DNA of 64,000 bases from Octopus sinensis. Its lineage: Eukaryota. Numbering within the stretch: position 1 is the first letter of the stretch; the number at the start of each line of letters is the position of its first letter. Shown here one piece after another: positions 49,618-64,000 of the stretch. The stretch is from the NCBI RefSeq assembly GCF_006345805.1, contig NC_043015.1:49910001-49974000 (forward strand), written 5' to 3'. Made by a program: the position numbers and the translations under genes. The notes under the pieces are model-generated. The model did not search any database, had not been told where the DNA came from, and worked only from the letters and a program-made list of their open reading frames with translations.

Positions 49618-52039
49618 GTTAGAAGGTTTGGAGATGATGTACAGGTATTTTATATTGGAAGAAATGAGGTACTCAGAAATTCGGATGGTTTTATATTTAC
49701 AGATATTTATTTGTATATTACATGTTTTTATAAATCATATAACTTATATCATATATCATATATTAGCGCTTTCATCCATTCTGGTGGATTTTTCAAATGG
49801 AACTATATATATATAGTTAATTCAAGCATGAAAACACAAAGAGAAAACACAACAACGCGAGGACGTGGAACAAGTATAGTGTTATTGGACGTTTAGAAAA
49901 GGAAAGAAAGAAGGAGGATTTAATGTTTTGAACAGACCTCTTTGTCAGAAACATAGAAAAAGGAAAGATCCAAGGAAGGGAAGACGGAGGAAAAAAAATT
50001 GCCAACAATAGACGCGGTCACATATTTAATATATATATCTGTATGTACGTGCATATATATATTACAAACAAATGAAATATTAACATCATTTTTTTTTTAA
50101 ACATTCAATTATTTAGGCTTTTCTAATCTAAACTTAATTAGCATCAAGCCACAGTTGCTAATTCTTCCTTTCAAAGCTACTCTTTAGGTTAAGTCCAAAC
50201 AAAGCCATTATCTTACAGTCTATATTTGTTCTTGGCACAATGATGCCAGGAATGGTAAAGCCAGTTCAATATCCAATTTCCAAGATTTCTTTACATAGAC
50301 TGCATATTAATGCCATAAAACAGGGAAATCAATAACTCAGGCCTTAGGTCTTTCTACTGTGATGCAGCCAAGAGTTCATAGCACTCGTCCCACCCCTTTC
50401 CACCCCGATGCCATTCCAAACATTTGCAATTGCTGTGTATTGACATTTTCAAATGAGTTGGAAAATACCAAGATATTTAGGAAAACATGCTAGATGCAGG
50501 CGTGGCTGTGTGCCTAAGAAGTCTGCTTGACACACCATTATCGGTTGTCGAGTGATGTTAGGGGTACAAACACAGACACACAAACATATACACACACAAA
50601 CACATACATATATATATATATACACACATACATACATACGACGGGTTTCTTTCAGTTTCCGTCTACCAAATCCACTCAAGGCTTTGGTCGGCCTGAGGCT
50701 ATAGTAGAAGACACTTGCCCAAAGTGCCATGCAGTGGGGCTTAACCTGGAACCATGTGGTTGGTAAGGAAGCTACTTACCACACAGCTACTCCTACACCT
50801 ATATATAATGAAGTTATTTTAATAAATTCTTTTATGATTTTCAAAGTCTAATTGAAACAAAAATGTGTATTTAAAAAGAAGTGTGCTATTCACTTCCATT
50901 CTTCCATGTGATATTTCCCATGGGAAAACATTACCTTGCTTAGAAACATGCAAGGGTTGGTAACAGGAAGGGCATAAGGCCATAGAAAATCTGCTTGAAT
51001 AAATTCCACTTGACCCATGAAAGCATGGAAAGATGGGCATGAAATGATGATGATATCAATGAATGCAGAGTTGGTTTAGAATCTGCTACTGGTTGGTTAG
51101 TCAAACGTATTTTTATCAGCGGATTATTTACGATCTCTATTGATATTATTGGGTGGGGGTGGTCTAAAATAATAAATACTGCATGTGCAGTTGTCCATGC
51201 TTTGACTTTGGCCTTCAACAATGATTTGAACTGAATTTGCCTTTGGCATCATTTTGCAATGATGAGGAACGGGGGATTGCACAGTATACACATGTATGTG
51301 CAGATATATTTATGCATACACACACACACACACACCATCCTGAATCTGAAAATAAATTTATATGTACATATATACATATAACTATCTGTGTGTATTCATA
51401 ACACACACACATATATATGAACATATACACATCATCTAAAAAAAAAAAAAAAGATAAATTTATATATACTTGGGTTTTAGCAATAATTTTTGCCCTTTTT
51501 TTTTTTTAGTCATAATCATAATAGCCTCGACAACTGCTGCCAGGCAAGGCAAGAATGAATACATTAATTTTAATTTAGTTATCTCTGCATTTAGTAGTTT
51601 AATTTTTAACAGGATTTATTACAGGCATGGCCAGATTTCTAGTTGAAAAAAAATCAATTATGATGATAAGTATGGATGGTACTAACACTGGTAGTGTTAG
51701 TCACAGCACCGTTTGTGTTGGTTCCAACAGAGTAATGCACCAATATAATAAATGTATTTGTCCTTCAAAGTTATTTCATTCAGAGAAAAGAAGTCACAGC
51801 CTATGCGTGTTGTCTGTGCTAAGTGATTGATAAACCAAGTGACGGTTGTAAGTAAACCGAAAATACTTTTACATAAAGCATCCTGATTTATGCAGGAAGT
51901 CCACTGAATATTTTAGAACAAGATCCCAAACCACAAACCCATTGATCATTTGGTACTGGGCCACACACACACAAAGCATAAATTTTAAAATTTTATTTCT
52001 ATTTTACTGACTACTGCAATCTACAAGTTGTTTCTGCAT

Positions 52040-52800
52040 TTATCATCATCATCATTTAATGTCTGTTTTCCATGCTGGCAGAGGATGGACGGTTTGACTG
52101 AGGTCTGGAGAGCCAGTGGCTGCACCAGGCTCCAATCTGATCTGGCAATGTTTCTGCAGCTGGATGCCCTTCCTAATGCCAACCATTCCGAGAATGTAGT
52201 AGGCGCGTTTTACGTGCCACTGGCACAGGAGCCAGTCAGGCGGGTCTGGCATTGATCATATTTGGACAGTGCCTTTTACGTGCCACTGGCACGAGAGCCA
52301 GTTAGGGGGTACTGACAACAGCCACAATCGGATGGTGCTTTTTACGTGCCACTGGCACACACACACACATATCATCATCTCCTAACATCCAGTTTTCTAT
52401 GTTTGCATCAGTTGAATGTAGTTTATTGAGGCAAATTTTCTACAGCTGGATGCCCTTCCAGTCACCAACTCTCACTTGCTTCTAAGTAAAGTAATATTTC
52501 CCCATAACCAAACATATTTTCACAGAATATTGGAAATGAATGATGAACCTTGCATGACAGTGACTCACAAAACTATCACACAATGTCAAGACAAAGGGAC
52601 ACACACACACTCCTTACTTGTTTCAGTCATTTGACTGTGGCCATGCTGGAGCACCGCCTTTAGTCAGGCAAATCGGCCCCAGGACTTATTCTTTGTAAGC
52701 CTAGTACTTATTCTATCGTTCTCTTTTGCTGAACTGCTAAGTTACAGGGACGTAAACACACCAGCATCGATTGTCAAGCGATGTTGGGGGCCAAACACAG

Positions 52801-52852
<52 letters not shown>

Positions 52853-54470
52853 GTATATATATACATATATATACGACAGGCTTCTTTCAGTTTCCTACTC
52901 CCAAATCCACTCACAAGGCTTTGGTCGGCCTGAGGCTATAGTAGAAGACACTTGCCTAAGGTGCCACGCAGTGGGACTGAACCCGGAACCATGTGGTTCA
53001 TAAGCAAGCTACTTACCACACAGCCATTCCTACACCTATGTGTGTGAGTGTGTAATCGATTCAAATAAATCCCTACAGCCTAATTTAACATCCTGGGAAG
53101 GTTATTATCAAGATCAAATAGAAACTAGAACGTTTTCTATTTAAAACACATAATGATACAAATCCTAGTTTCCTGTATAGAACAGAAATAATTATAATTA
53201 TTACACACACTCAGAGCATTAAAGCATTGCAATTTCACCACCTACTCTCTAGTGTATTCTTGTACTTGTTTCAGTCGTTTGACTGCGATCATGCTAGAGC
53301 ACTGCCTTGAAGGGTTTCAGTCAAACAAATCAATCTCCGGACTTATTTTTTAAGCCTAGTACTTATTCTATCGGTCTCTTTTGCCAAACTGCTTAAGTTA
53401 CGGGGATGTAAACACACCAACACTGGCTGTCAAGCTGTGAAGGGGGACACAAACACAAAGACACACACACACACGATGGTCTTCTTTCAGTTTCCATCTA
53501 CCAAATTTACACACAGGGCTTTGGTCAGTCTGAGGCTATAGTAGCAAACACTTGCCCATGGTGCCACGCAGAGGGACTGAATGTGGAACCATGGGGTTGG
53601 CAAGCGAGCTTCTCACCACACAGCTACGCCTGTGTAGTGTGTCTTTATCTTTTACTTGTTTCAGTCATTGAACTGCGGCCATGCTGGGGCACTGCCTTGA
53701 AGGTTTAACCAAACAAAATCAACCCCAGTAATTATTCCTTTAAAGTTTGGTACTTATTTTATCAGTCACCTTTGTTAAACTGCTCAGTGACAGAGACACA
53801 AGCGAGCCAACACCAGTTTTCAAGCTGTGGTGGGAGATAAACAAAAGGACACACACACACACATGTAAATATATATACATATATACGAGGAGCTTCTTTC
53901 AGTTTTTGTCTACCAAATCCACTTACAAGGCTTTGGTCGGCCCAGGGCTATAGTAGAAGACAAATGCCTGTGTACAATTTGGGAGTGCAGTTAAAATTTA
54001 CACCAGTGCAAATTGCTCATTACTTTATGAATGTACTGTACTGGTGCATGTATGTATATTCTTTTGCAGTTATACACTTGCCATCTTTGATTTGAAACAA
54101 TTTTAATACTTGCTTTTTTATATTTTTTTTATTTGTTTCAGTCAACTGACTGCAGCCATGCTGGAGCACCGCCCTTAGTTGAACAAATCAACCCCAGTCT
54201 AGTACTTATTCTATCAGTTTATTTTGCTGAACCGCTAAGTTACAGGGATGTAAACACACCAGCATCGGTTGTCAAGTGATGGTGGAGGCATCACACATAT
54301 ACATACAATGGGCTTCTTTCAGTTTCCATCTACCAAATCCACTTACAAGGCTTTGGTGAGCCTGAGGCTATAGTAGAAGGCACTTGCCCAAGATGCCACA
54401 CAGTAGGACTGAACCTGGAATCATGTGGTTCATAAGCAAGCTGCTTACCACACAGCCACTCCTGCACCTA
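52040..54470 (-). mobile_element. Same-orientation pile-up: RTE tail, RTE-tailed SINE and four family A SINEs
   Basis: RTE tail 52040-52357; RTE-tailed SINE 52372-52600; family A copies at about 52613-53038, 53257-53635, 53648-53970 and 54128-54470. Confidence 0.8.
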
Positions 54471-55971
54471 TATAAAACTTTTTTAAAAATTTGATAACAT
54501 ATACCATTTTTAGGACCTTGTGTAGTGGATTGAAAAGAACTATAAAATTGCTCCTCTGACTTATGGGACATATATTACACACAGATACATAGCACCCAAG
54601 ATTCTTTTTAAATAAGATTCTTTTCTATAATACCATAATTCTAAGACAAATATTTAAGAGAAAATAAAACTAAAAACAATTGCCTACGTTCCATATTTGT
54701 AGAGAGAGAGGAAGTGAGAGGCTGTACAGTGAACAAATTTTGATTTGATTGAAATAAAGCTCTAAGATATTTGGTTCCAAAAGTGATTATTCAAAGGAAG
54801 CAAATTCACTGCCAGAGATGAAATAAAACTAACAAAAATTACAGAGTAAAATAAAAAAAAAATATTAAATTTATCGAAGAAACGCCTATATTTTCTCTTG
54901 TATGGATTTCTCTTGTACAAAGACTCTTCTGTTTACCAATTTCAGGCTCCCAATGTTTTAATGGTATTTCGGATTCTACTGAATTCTCTGTACAAACAGA
55001 TCAATATAATTAAATAGCTTGGCAAACACATCAGTTAAGTTAGTCCTGGAATGGCAGGCTCTAAAACTAGATATTTCCAACATCCTTTAACTTGCAACCT
55101 ACAGACGTTACTTTACTACCAGCTCCTCTCGACTAACTCTACATATAATAAATACAGCGTCTATTCACAAGACTTTTTCATTGAATTACAATCTCCGACT
55201 AACATCGTCATAAAACTGATTCCTGGCAGAAGCAGAACACATTTGCAATGTTACATGTTTTGATAACAATCTTAAACTATGACCAACAATGATACACTTT
55301 ATGAATCAATGGATTTTTAAAAATAAATTGATAACAAAAAAAAAAGTGGGGGAGGGTGTTGAGTTTAAAACACGGTTAGTTCTCAAGGCAAGATAAAGAC
55401 AGGCAGACTTTGTGCAGGGGGAATAATATACAGAAAATAGAAGGGCAGCAGCAGCAGTGGCTGCACAATTATCATTTAAACATTTGTCTTATTTCCCATG
55501 CTGGCTTATGTTTAAAACATGCTTCTACAATCACCATCAAGAATTTGTGACCTCTCATATACAAGGCCCAAGTCTAGCCACAACACTTCTTAACCAAGCA
55601 TTTATTTCAGTCAAAATATCCTTCTCCCTCAATCACTTCAATTCAGTTCGGTTTTCAACACACTGGATGCCTTTCCTATCACAAACCCTCTCGTTTACAA
55701 CAGAGTGTACAGGGTGCATTTCATCACGGCACCAGAAATAGATTGTTCCATGCAGGGAAAGGGTTTCCTCTGCTGTGCATTCATTCTTATTTGGAGAGAA
55801 AACCTGTTACTATGTGGGTTGCAAAGTCAACATGTCATTCATGTTCCAAGGAGAAATTACCAAACAAAGACATGGAACGAATTATTTATCAGTCATCAGA
55901 TGAAATCAATTGCCAGCATTTTGTTATGCTTTTAGACACAAGCACTTTATTCTACAGTACTTGAGCTCAAT

Positions 55972-56395
55972 CATCATCATCATCAACAACATTGTTTTAA
56001 TGTCCACTTTCCCAAGTCCACACGGGTCAGATGAAATTTATCAAGTTACACTTTTTACACAGCCTGACGTCCTTCCTGTTGTCAACACTCACCAGTTTCC
56101 AAGTAAGGTAACATTTCCCTGTGACCAAACATGTTTCCACAGAAAATTGGAAATGAAGGACACTGCTTGCATGACTGTGACACTCATTTACACCTATAAT
56201 GCAATGTCAAGGCAAGTAGACAGAAGCAAAAACGTACATGTGTACACATGATGGGCTTCTTTCGGTTTCTGTCTACCAAATCCACTCACAAAGCTTTGGT
56301 TGACCTGCAGCTATGGCAAGGTGCCAGGCAGTGGAATTGAACCCAGAACCAAGTTTCTGAAGCAAACTTCTTACCACTCAGCTACAACTGTGCCT
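55972..56395 (-). mobile_element. SINE with family A head and RTE-like tail
   Basis: (CAT)n..TTTAATGTCCAC tail through to CTTACCACTCAGCTAC head. Confidence 0.7.
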
Positions 56396-56758
56396 AACTA
56401 TTTAGAAAAAAAAACCCCAAAGACTTTCTAGTTATATTTTATGATACATTAGTAGCTAATGGAAAATCCACCGAGTCACACCATCAATGAAGGGTGCAGC
56501 CTGAAAAATTTATTCCCCATCCTCAAGCAAAACCAACATACCCTAGTTTTCTGTCATTTTAATTAAACTGATGGGAAATCTGTTTTGTCTGATTAGAATG
56601 TCAACTGTGTCACAATGAAACTGAATTCATCACTATTAATAGCAATTTGATCATTGTGACTATTTCGTAATTGTATAATTTTCATAGGCATGTGAGAAAT
56701 TAGATAAGTATGATCAATTAGATGATCACCAAATTCATATCAAAGGTAAACAGCTTAA

Positions 56759-56957
56759 CCCTTTCGTTACCATTCCGACTGAAACCAGCTCTGGCTCTGA
56801 GTACAAATGTCTTGTTTTCATAAGTTTTGAATTAAAATCTTCCACCAAACCATAGTCAGAATTTATGTTCTTAACACTAGCTGAATGATAACTTAAGTTC
56901 TTTGTTATATTTAGAATTAACACAGAGCATCGCAAAATAAATACAGTAACAAAAGGG
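56759..56957. mobile_element. TTAA (piggyBac-like) MITE, second family
   Basis: TTAA|CCCTTTCGTTAC...GTAACAAAAGGG|TTAA; related copies near 11320-11430, 43950-44110, 48440-48582 and 57745-58065. Confidence 0.8.
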
Positions 56958-58944
56958 TTAACATCACTGATGTATAAAGGAGTCAACTGTCTACGTAAGA
57001 ACACATGATGTAATATGAAGAAACGTCTATATAATTGCTCAGCTTCCTAGGAATAACAGTGAAAATTCCTTCAAATCATTCTCTATCATCTTTAAGGGAG
57101 AAGAAAAAAAAGCAAAACACACTGGATAATTTAGTCCAAGATACACTAGGTCTCAATAAAAATGGTATGGTCATCACTAAAAAACCTTTTGATCATATGT
57201 CTGCTTGATCCATGATAAACAACAAATAATGTGAATGGACAACAGATAATTGGTGAAAGTGGTCATAAACTGACAACGAAAGGCACCGATGACAGAGGAA
57301 GATCACTGGACGATGCCACTTACAGAGAATCAAAGCAAGAGACAATATATCAAAGCACAGGCACAACAAACCCTACTGTAGTTAGCTTGATGATGTCTAA
57401 TTCTTATTCTTAAACAGACACAAGTTTGTCACTGCTGGTCTGCCAGTCAAAAAGCCCAAAACCAACCATGTGCTTGAACTTTACTAATATAGCCAAAAAG
57501 TTGTAACTCTGGGGGAATTACAGAACTGTTTACCCCAGTTTGCTTAATTCCAAAAAGATTCTATTCTTGTTTTATTATTGAGTGTTAGGAGCTAGAAACT
57601 CATCCAGCTATAAAAACAGTTACTCAAACAATATATAAATATCACCATTTGCATCTATTCAAGTAGTGTTAACAGGTGCCATTTCAACACCAGCTCATTA
57701 TGACATTCAAGAATACAATATTTTATATAAGGTGCAGAAGTAACTAACCCTTTTGATACCAACCCACCTGGGACTGTCTAAATTCTAAATTAAAACCTAT
57801 CAAAATTCCATGTTTATTCTTTAGCATTTAAACAAACCAGATTCATATGAGATGATAAATGATTAATTCAAAACAATATGAATAAATAAGCATTACATTT
57901 GTCTGAGTAATCTAAATGCTAAAAGGATTAATTCATATTCCATACTCCAGCTAAATAATTACCAAGTTACCTTAATACATTCTCTTCTCTATTTTTTTCT
58001 TTCCTCAAAATTAATTGAAACAAAAGCAGAATATTTCAACAGAAATATGGTAACAAAATGGTTTAAAAAATGGCTAAAATAAGCCCGGAAAATTTTGTCA
58101 TCATGATCACTTCACAGAACAAATCTATTTCACTTATCACTGGATGTTATTTTTCTGACCTACTTATTAGTCCTAAAGTGCTACTTTTAGATTCTTAGGT
58201 CACATAATTATACAAATGACCTCAGCAAAGATGAGGTTCCTCTTAAAATATCAACAGAAATATAATGGTGGTAGAATTTCCACATTGGTACCATTTAAAG
58301 GTTTTACAAATTTAAAACATATGAATTGTTGGAACTGCTCAAGGTTCTTCACATTGCCAGACTCTCTTGGCCTATTACAAAAAGAACTCTGTCTGCAAGA
58401 AGCTGGGACATCAAAGACCTATTTTTTAAATATCAAAACTGATATCTAATTTTTGGTAATTAACAACATGTCAGTCTTAATATTATAAAAATCAAGTGCC
58501 ATCTCTTTGAAGATGCAAAATTATTTTTAAAAAAATAAATAAATTATCGGATGATTCATTCTCAATGCCTTCATAATTAGAATGAAGAATTCAACATAAT
58601 TATAGGAAATACACGCCAACAAGATTATACAATAAATGTCTGTGCTTTGTCTTTTTTTTTTTTGTAAATGAGGTAATTTACCAATGTTAAATAGAATTTT
58701 TTACATTATTATAAGTTTATCAAAATTACATACAATACTGTTTTCAAATTATGGCACAATGTCAACAATTTTGGGGCCAGCCAATTTCATCAACCCCAAA
58801 CTTAACTGATACTGATTTCTTTGGCTCTAAAGGATGAAAGGCAAAGTCAACCTCGGCGGAATTTGAACTTGGAGCATAAAGGTGGATGAAATGCCACTAA
58901 ACATTCTGCCAGCTTTCTGTCTATAATATTAGCAGGAAAATGTC

Positions 58945-59365
58945 TCATCATCATCATTTAATGTCTGTGCTCCATGTTAGCATGGGTGGGACGTTACCAC
59001 AAGAGCCAGCCAGGCTAAAGCCTGCACCAGACTTCTGTGACTGTTTTGACAGGATTTTTACAGCTGGATGCCCTTCCTAACACTAACCAGTCAGCAGATG
59101 GACTTAGTGCTTTTTGCACAGTACAAGCACAGGTCAAGTGAGTAGTGCTTTTTACGTGGAACAAGCACAGGTGAGGTGAGTAGTGCTTTTTACGTGGAAC
59201 AAGCACAGGTGAGGTGAGTAGTGCTTTTTACATGGCACAAGCACAGGCAAGGTCAGTTTTGGTAAGGTTTTTAGAGCTGGATGCCCCTCCGAACACCAGC
59301 CACTCAGCAGAGTGGACTTAGTGAGTTTTATGTGGCACAAGCACAGACGAGGTGAGTAGTGCTGT
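58945..59365 (-). mobile_element. RTE LINE 3' tail with 38-bp tandem array
   Basis: ACAAGCACAGGTGAGGTGAGTAGTGCTTTTTACGTGGA repeated 3-4 times. Confidence 0.8.
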
Positions 59366-61554
59366 AATCCTATTTTGGTCATTTAACTCTCTGAAGTTTC
59401 ATTTTTAAACAATTTTTCACACATTTCCAATACTGACTGTAATTATTACCCACCTGTCACTATTTTTTAGCAAATCTTGAACATTACCTGCTGAAATAAG
59501 TATTTTACAAGACATTCATTCATAAGGGTATAACCATTCAACTAAACAACCTAGGGTCATTCTGACTAGAACAGGGGTTCCCAACATTTTCACTGACATC
59601 CACCCATTTTATTTAAATGAATTTCTTCACAGATCTTAGACTTTTGAGATGTCTAACTACTCAATCAATGTCTACATTTGTGACGGAAGGTATTCAATTT
59701 GAATACCTCAAAGACTGAATTCATCTGCGACGCATTCCAATAGTTCTGGAATACTTTCTTTAATTGCTTTTTCTACAATTCCGTCTGAAAGCCAGAATTT
59801 TTGTCAACTTAGTCCTCAATAATCAGCATTTACTATTTCTTCTTCGATCAAAGTTAAATAACAGATTCACAACATTAGAAATTAGTGCTGGGAGTGGGGG
59901 GTAGAATTTCTTTTGTTTTTAATGTCCTTCTTTCAATCATGATTAAAATAAACAAAATGAAAGAGGAGGAGGAGGAGGGTGTAGGAAAAGGACATAGAAG
60001 AATCAAGGGGAGGAGGAGAACAGAAGAAAGAAGATAGAGGAGAAGGAACAGGACATGAATAAGAAATAGTAGTAGTAGTAGTAGCAATAGTAGAAGAGGA
60101 AGATGAAGAAGAAGGAACAGTAGCTGTAGAAGAAGAAAAGGGAAATGTCAAAGAGAAAACAAAAAGGACAAATGAGAAGAAAGTGAAGGAAACAAAAATC
60201 AATATGGAAAGCAGACCAATGATCAAAGAATTCATATCACACAGAATGAAACGTAAATGTTATGCTGTTCAACATCACACACACACACACACAGAGGCAG
60301 AAAGGTGTTTCATCTTTGAGCTTAATCAAGATTTTAGATGCAATGCTATAAAATGTCTTTCATTAGAGACATCCAAGAACAAAGTGAATAACTACCAACA
60401 GAAAATACCGTATGCTCAAAACTATAGGGACATTCTTGGAAAACTGACACACATCAGGGAAAATATTGATAGAATGGAAACACTCAACTAATTAAATAAA
60501 TAAAGCTTGATTAAACTCAATTTTCAATAACAGTTTTGATTTGGTTTTATATGCCTTGATGTTTAGTGAGCATGTAGGACAGACTCATCATCTGCCATCA
60601 AGAGATTAATCAAAAGTCAATTAATATATTTTCATATACTTGAAACTACTTAGTCCGTGTCATCATTTGTACATAAAAAGGCAAAAACTAAAACCAAATT
60701 TTAGAAAACTACAGCCAAAGAGCTGTCATCAAAAACAATGTTGCCCAAATGTTGGCAAACATCTAATGTGTATGCAATACCATTCCCAATGCAATCATCA
60801 TTAAATGTCTTCAGAAATGGGTCTCTGTGGTCTTTAGTCCAGTATTTTACCAACTCTGATTCTCTTTGAAGGTGTGTAATATGTACCAAAGCACAAACAC
60901 CTCTGTTCAGATGTGTTATAAAATATAATGAAATACAATCGTACTATACTACCACTACTACTACCACTGCTGTTGCTAAGTAACTAAATACTGACAGCTT
61001 TTAGTAAAATTTTGATGTATGGAACAGTATGAAAAAGTCATCTGAACAGTTGTAAACAATAGACAAACGCAGGATAATCAGATTATTATAATTAAATCTA
61101 TTTAATGAAAGCAGAGTAGGAGAAACAACAATTTGGTACATCTATAAAGCAGAGGATTATTTAAAACAATGACATTACAAAACCTGCCGCTCTACATCGT
61201 TATGTGAAACAATAAGGCATGTATAAATTCGTTAGCATTGTCAATTAGGTGGTGATAATATTTTTAGCAACAGTTGAACTTGTAATGTCCTTCAGCTGTC
61301 AGATGATTTCAAACATTACCAATGTCATGCTAGAGTAGGCAACGTCCTTATGTTTGGTATTAACCACAAACAACCACAACATCAGGCAGAACAATTAAAG
61401 AGCCCCTTCCACACACCAGTAAACAAGGAGCAGGGGAAGGGAAGTCGGTCTATTAAAGGGATCAGAAATGATAACAGTCGCTCTTGAAAGAGACAAACAA
61501 AAAGATAATATTCAGTAAATAAAAACATAATCTCATATCTTTTATTTTATCATT

Positions 61555-62201
61555 TCTATTACTTACTTCAGTCATTAGATTGTGGCCATGCTGGGGCACC
61601 ACCTTGAAAAATTTTAGTTGAACTAATCAACCTAAGTACTGCCCCCCCCCCTACAAGCCTGATACATTTTTCTGCCGAACAGCTATGTTACAGCGATATA
61701 AACACACCAACACTGGTAGTGAAGTTGTGGTGAGGAACAAACACAGACACCAAAACACACATATACACACACATACACACACACACAAGGGGCTTCTTTC
61801 AGTTTCTAACTACCAGGTCCACTCACAAGGCTTTGGTAGGCCCAAAGTTATAAGTAGAAGACACATTTATCAATGAAGTATCAATTTATTGTAAACAAAG
61901 CCGGTGATATTTGTAGACACTATATTGAGTAAAGTGAGATATTTAACTTCAGGACTCCTCAAATGACCAAATATTTTGTCAGAGTACTATTCTATATTCT
62001 TTTACTTGTTTCAGTCATTTCGACTTCAGCCATGCTGGAGTACCGCCTTTAGTCGAACAGATCAACCCAAGGACTTATCCTTTCTAAGCCCAGTACTTAT
62101 TCTATCTGTCTCTTTTGCTGAACTGCTATGTTACGGGGATGTAAACACACCAACAGCGTTTGTCAAGTGATAGTGGGGGGTGACAAACACAGACACACAA
62201 A

Positions 62202-62232
<31 letters not shown>

Positions 62233-62400
62233 GACAGACTTCTTACAGTTTCTGTCAACCAAATCCACTCACAAGGCTTTGGTCAGCCTGAGGCTATAGT
62301 AGAAGACACTTGCTCAAGATGTCATGCAGTGGAACTGAACCCACCCGGAACCATGTGTTTGGGAAGCAAGGTACTTACCGCACAACCCCTCCTGCACCTA
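61555..62400 (-). mobile_element. Two family A SINEs
   Basis: Copies at about 61555-61865 and 61997-62400. Confidence 0.8.
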
Positions 62401-62874
62401 TATGCTAATGTTTAAAAAAAAATTTCAAGGCAGTGCCCCAGCATAGCCATGGTCCAATGACAAAAACAGGTGAAAGATCACCTCAACTTTTGTTTATGCT
62501 TTCGCTACAAACAACCACCAGACACTTCATGTGATAATGTAAATCTTTAAAAAGTAATTTTCAGACTTAGTATTCCTCCCAATAATTATCTTTTAATCCC
62601 AATTAGTAATCTTTGAAATACTAAAACCATCACTCAATCTAATATAACTCAATCCTTCCAAGTTTCCCCATTTCAGAAAACAGTTTTTCCAAGACTTAGA
62701 TTCAATTTAGGTGAAAAAAAGAAAAAGCACCTGAACACAACAATTATTATTTTTTCAAAGCAACTCTTATTTAAGCCAACATTCAAACATTTATTTTCTA
62801 ATAATTGTATAAACAGGCAGAATCTCATTAAAATATTTTTGAGAGATGAACGAATAAACTAAACAGTCACTTAC

Positions 62875-62970
62875 CACAACAACATCGGCAGCAATTAAAG
62901 TAATGTGAAAGAAACAAACAATGAAAACTGCATATAGTAAGGTGATGTGACCTATATAATATTCCAACAT
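62875..62970 (-). CDS. RNF13: RNF13/RNF167-like E3 ligase, coding exon 1 (signal peptide)
   Basis: Translates MLEYYIGHITLLYAVFIVCFFHITLIAADVVV; ACCATG start; hydrophobic signal peptide ending A-D as in RNF13 'VEA-DI'; acceptor ttccag before 62994; donor GTAAGT after 62875; phase 0. Confidence 0.85.
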
Positions 62971-63695
62971 GGTAGACGATTTGTAGAATGGTAACTGGAA
63001 AGAAAAAACAAGAAAAAAAAGAAAATTGTTATTAGCATTAATACTAACTTAATAGGATATAAAAAATATAAAATGTCAGATTAATTCAAAATAGTCGATA
63101 ATTTGAATAGAAAAACAAAACAAAAAAAAAAGACAAAATTTACAAAATGTTATATCAGAAAATCTTTTGAAATGTATTTCAATTTGTGCATAAAAGAGTA
63201 GATGCATTTATAAAGATGCTTGCTAAGCTAAAGTTCTCTGAGTAATTTAGTCTCTAAACATGTTAATTCTATATGCTTATTCATGCACTCCACCATCACC
63301 ATCTTCATTGTTTACCCAGCTACTTCCACCCACCCACCCCTAACTATGTATCTCCACCTCTGCATGTCCCTTTATAAGGCTTTTGACTCTCAACACCTGC
63401 TATAAAGTTATCTCCCGCACTCAAATACTTCTCCAACCCACCAGCACCACCTAATAATGGGAGCTTTCTCCTTTTCCTTCCCCTTTTTCTATCTTACAAT
63501 TTATTTGGCAACCTCAGTAGTACTGTTGGTATGAAAAAAAAAGCACCCAGGACTGACTTTAGAGTGATTGGCACTGAGAAGGGCATCCAGCTAAAAAAAC
63601 CATGCCAAAGTTGACACTGGAGTTCAGCACATCCCTACTGGTCGCTGGATCTTCTCAAACCATCCACCCATACCAGCATGGAATATGGGCATTAA

Positions 63696-63806
63696 CCTTT
63701 AGCACACTGCATTTTTTTCTCTAGAGTTGTTTCCTGTTCCATTGCCCTGATACTCTAGGGAAGAAAACTCATAGGATGACATTATGCATCTACAGTGTGC
63801 TAAAGG
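63696..63806. mobile_element. Small TTAA MITE inserted in the TTAA of an RTE tail
   Basis: TTAA|CCTTTAGCACACTGCA...TACAGTGTGCTAAAGG|TTAA; host tail runs ~63530-63820. Confidence 0.8.
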
Positions 63807-64000
63807 TTAAGAGGTGATGATACACATTGTTGTCCATTTTTCAATTCTCTCATCACTACGTCATCAAATACAGTGAAGCCTGTGTTTTGATGATAATCTC
63901 CAGTAAAACTCAAAACACATCCAGGTCTGTCCTAGATATTTGTCAGGATATTAAAAATATTAGTCATTGACTATTACATTTTTGTCTTTATTATGCCTTA

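Noticed and set aside
55150-55255. Possible second Helitron 3' end
   Set aside because: Hairpin and CTAG terminus too degenerate to support.
59573-59870. Possible hAT end (CAGGGGTTCCCAAC) with transposase remnant
   Set aside because: Only one TIR found, no TSD, and the peptide similarity is unconvincing.
60183-60889. Two short ORFs in unique-looking sequence
   Set aside because: No recognisable homology or splice context, and exon 1 joins exon 2 without a gap.

Overview
AT-rich, repeat-dense eukaryotic genomic DNA. The SINE/LINE repertoire looks like Octopus (inference from recalled repeat families). One protein-coding gene can be assembled by hand: a minus-strand RNF13/RNF167-like PA-TM-RING-H2 E3 ubiquitin ligase. 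It has 10 coding exons from ATG 62970 to TGA 10039, all GT-AG and phase-consistent, giving 1305 nt and 434 aa. An upstream exon lies beyond the window, and the 3' UTR may be long. Almost all other ORFs in the track are microsatellite or repeat artefacts. The introns hold tRNA-derived SINEs, Nin/Deu-type SINEs, RTE and R4-like LINE fragments, an internally deleted piggyBac, and TTAA, hAT and mariner MITEs; a non-autonomous Helitron lies downstream of the gene. The most unusual item is a full-length U2 snRNA copy with an altered branch-point-recognition sequence, fused directly to an RTE LINE 3' tail (probable snRNA-LINE chimeric retrocopy) and sitting next to a palindrome with ~120-bp arms. Several independent snap-back palindromes also occur in the pre-mRNA. 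I found no evidence for a new multi-gene system. Repeat boundaries are approximate unless a target-site duplication (TSD) is quoted.
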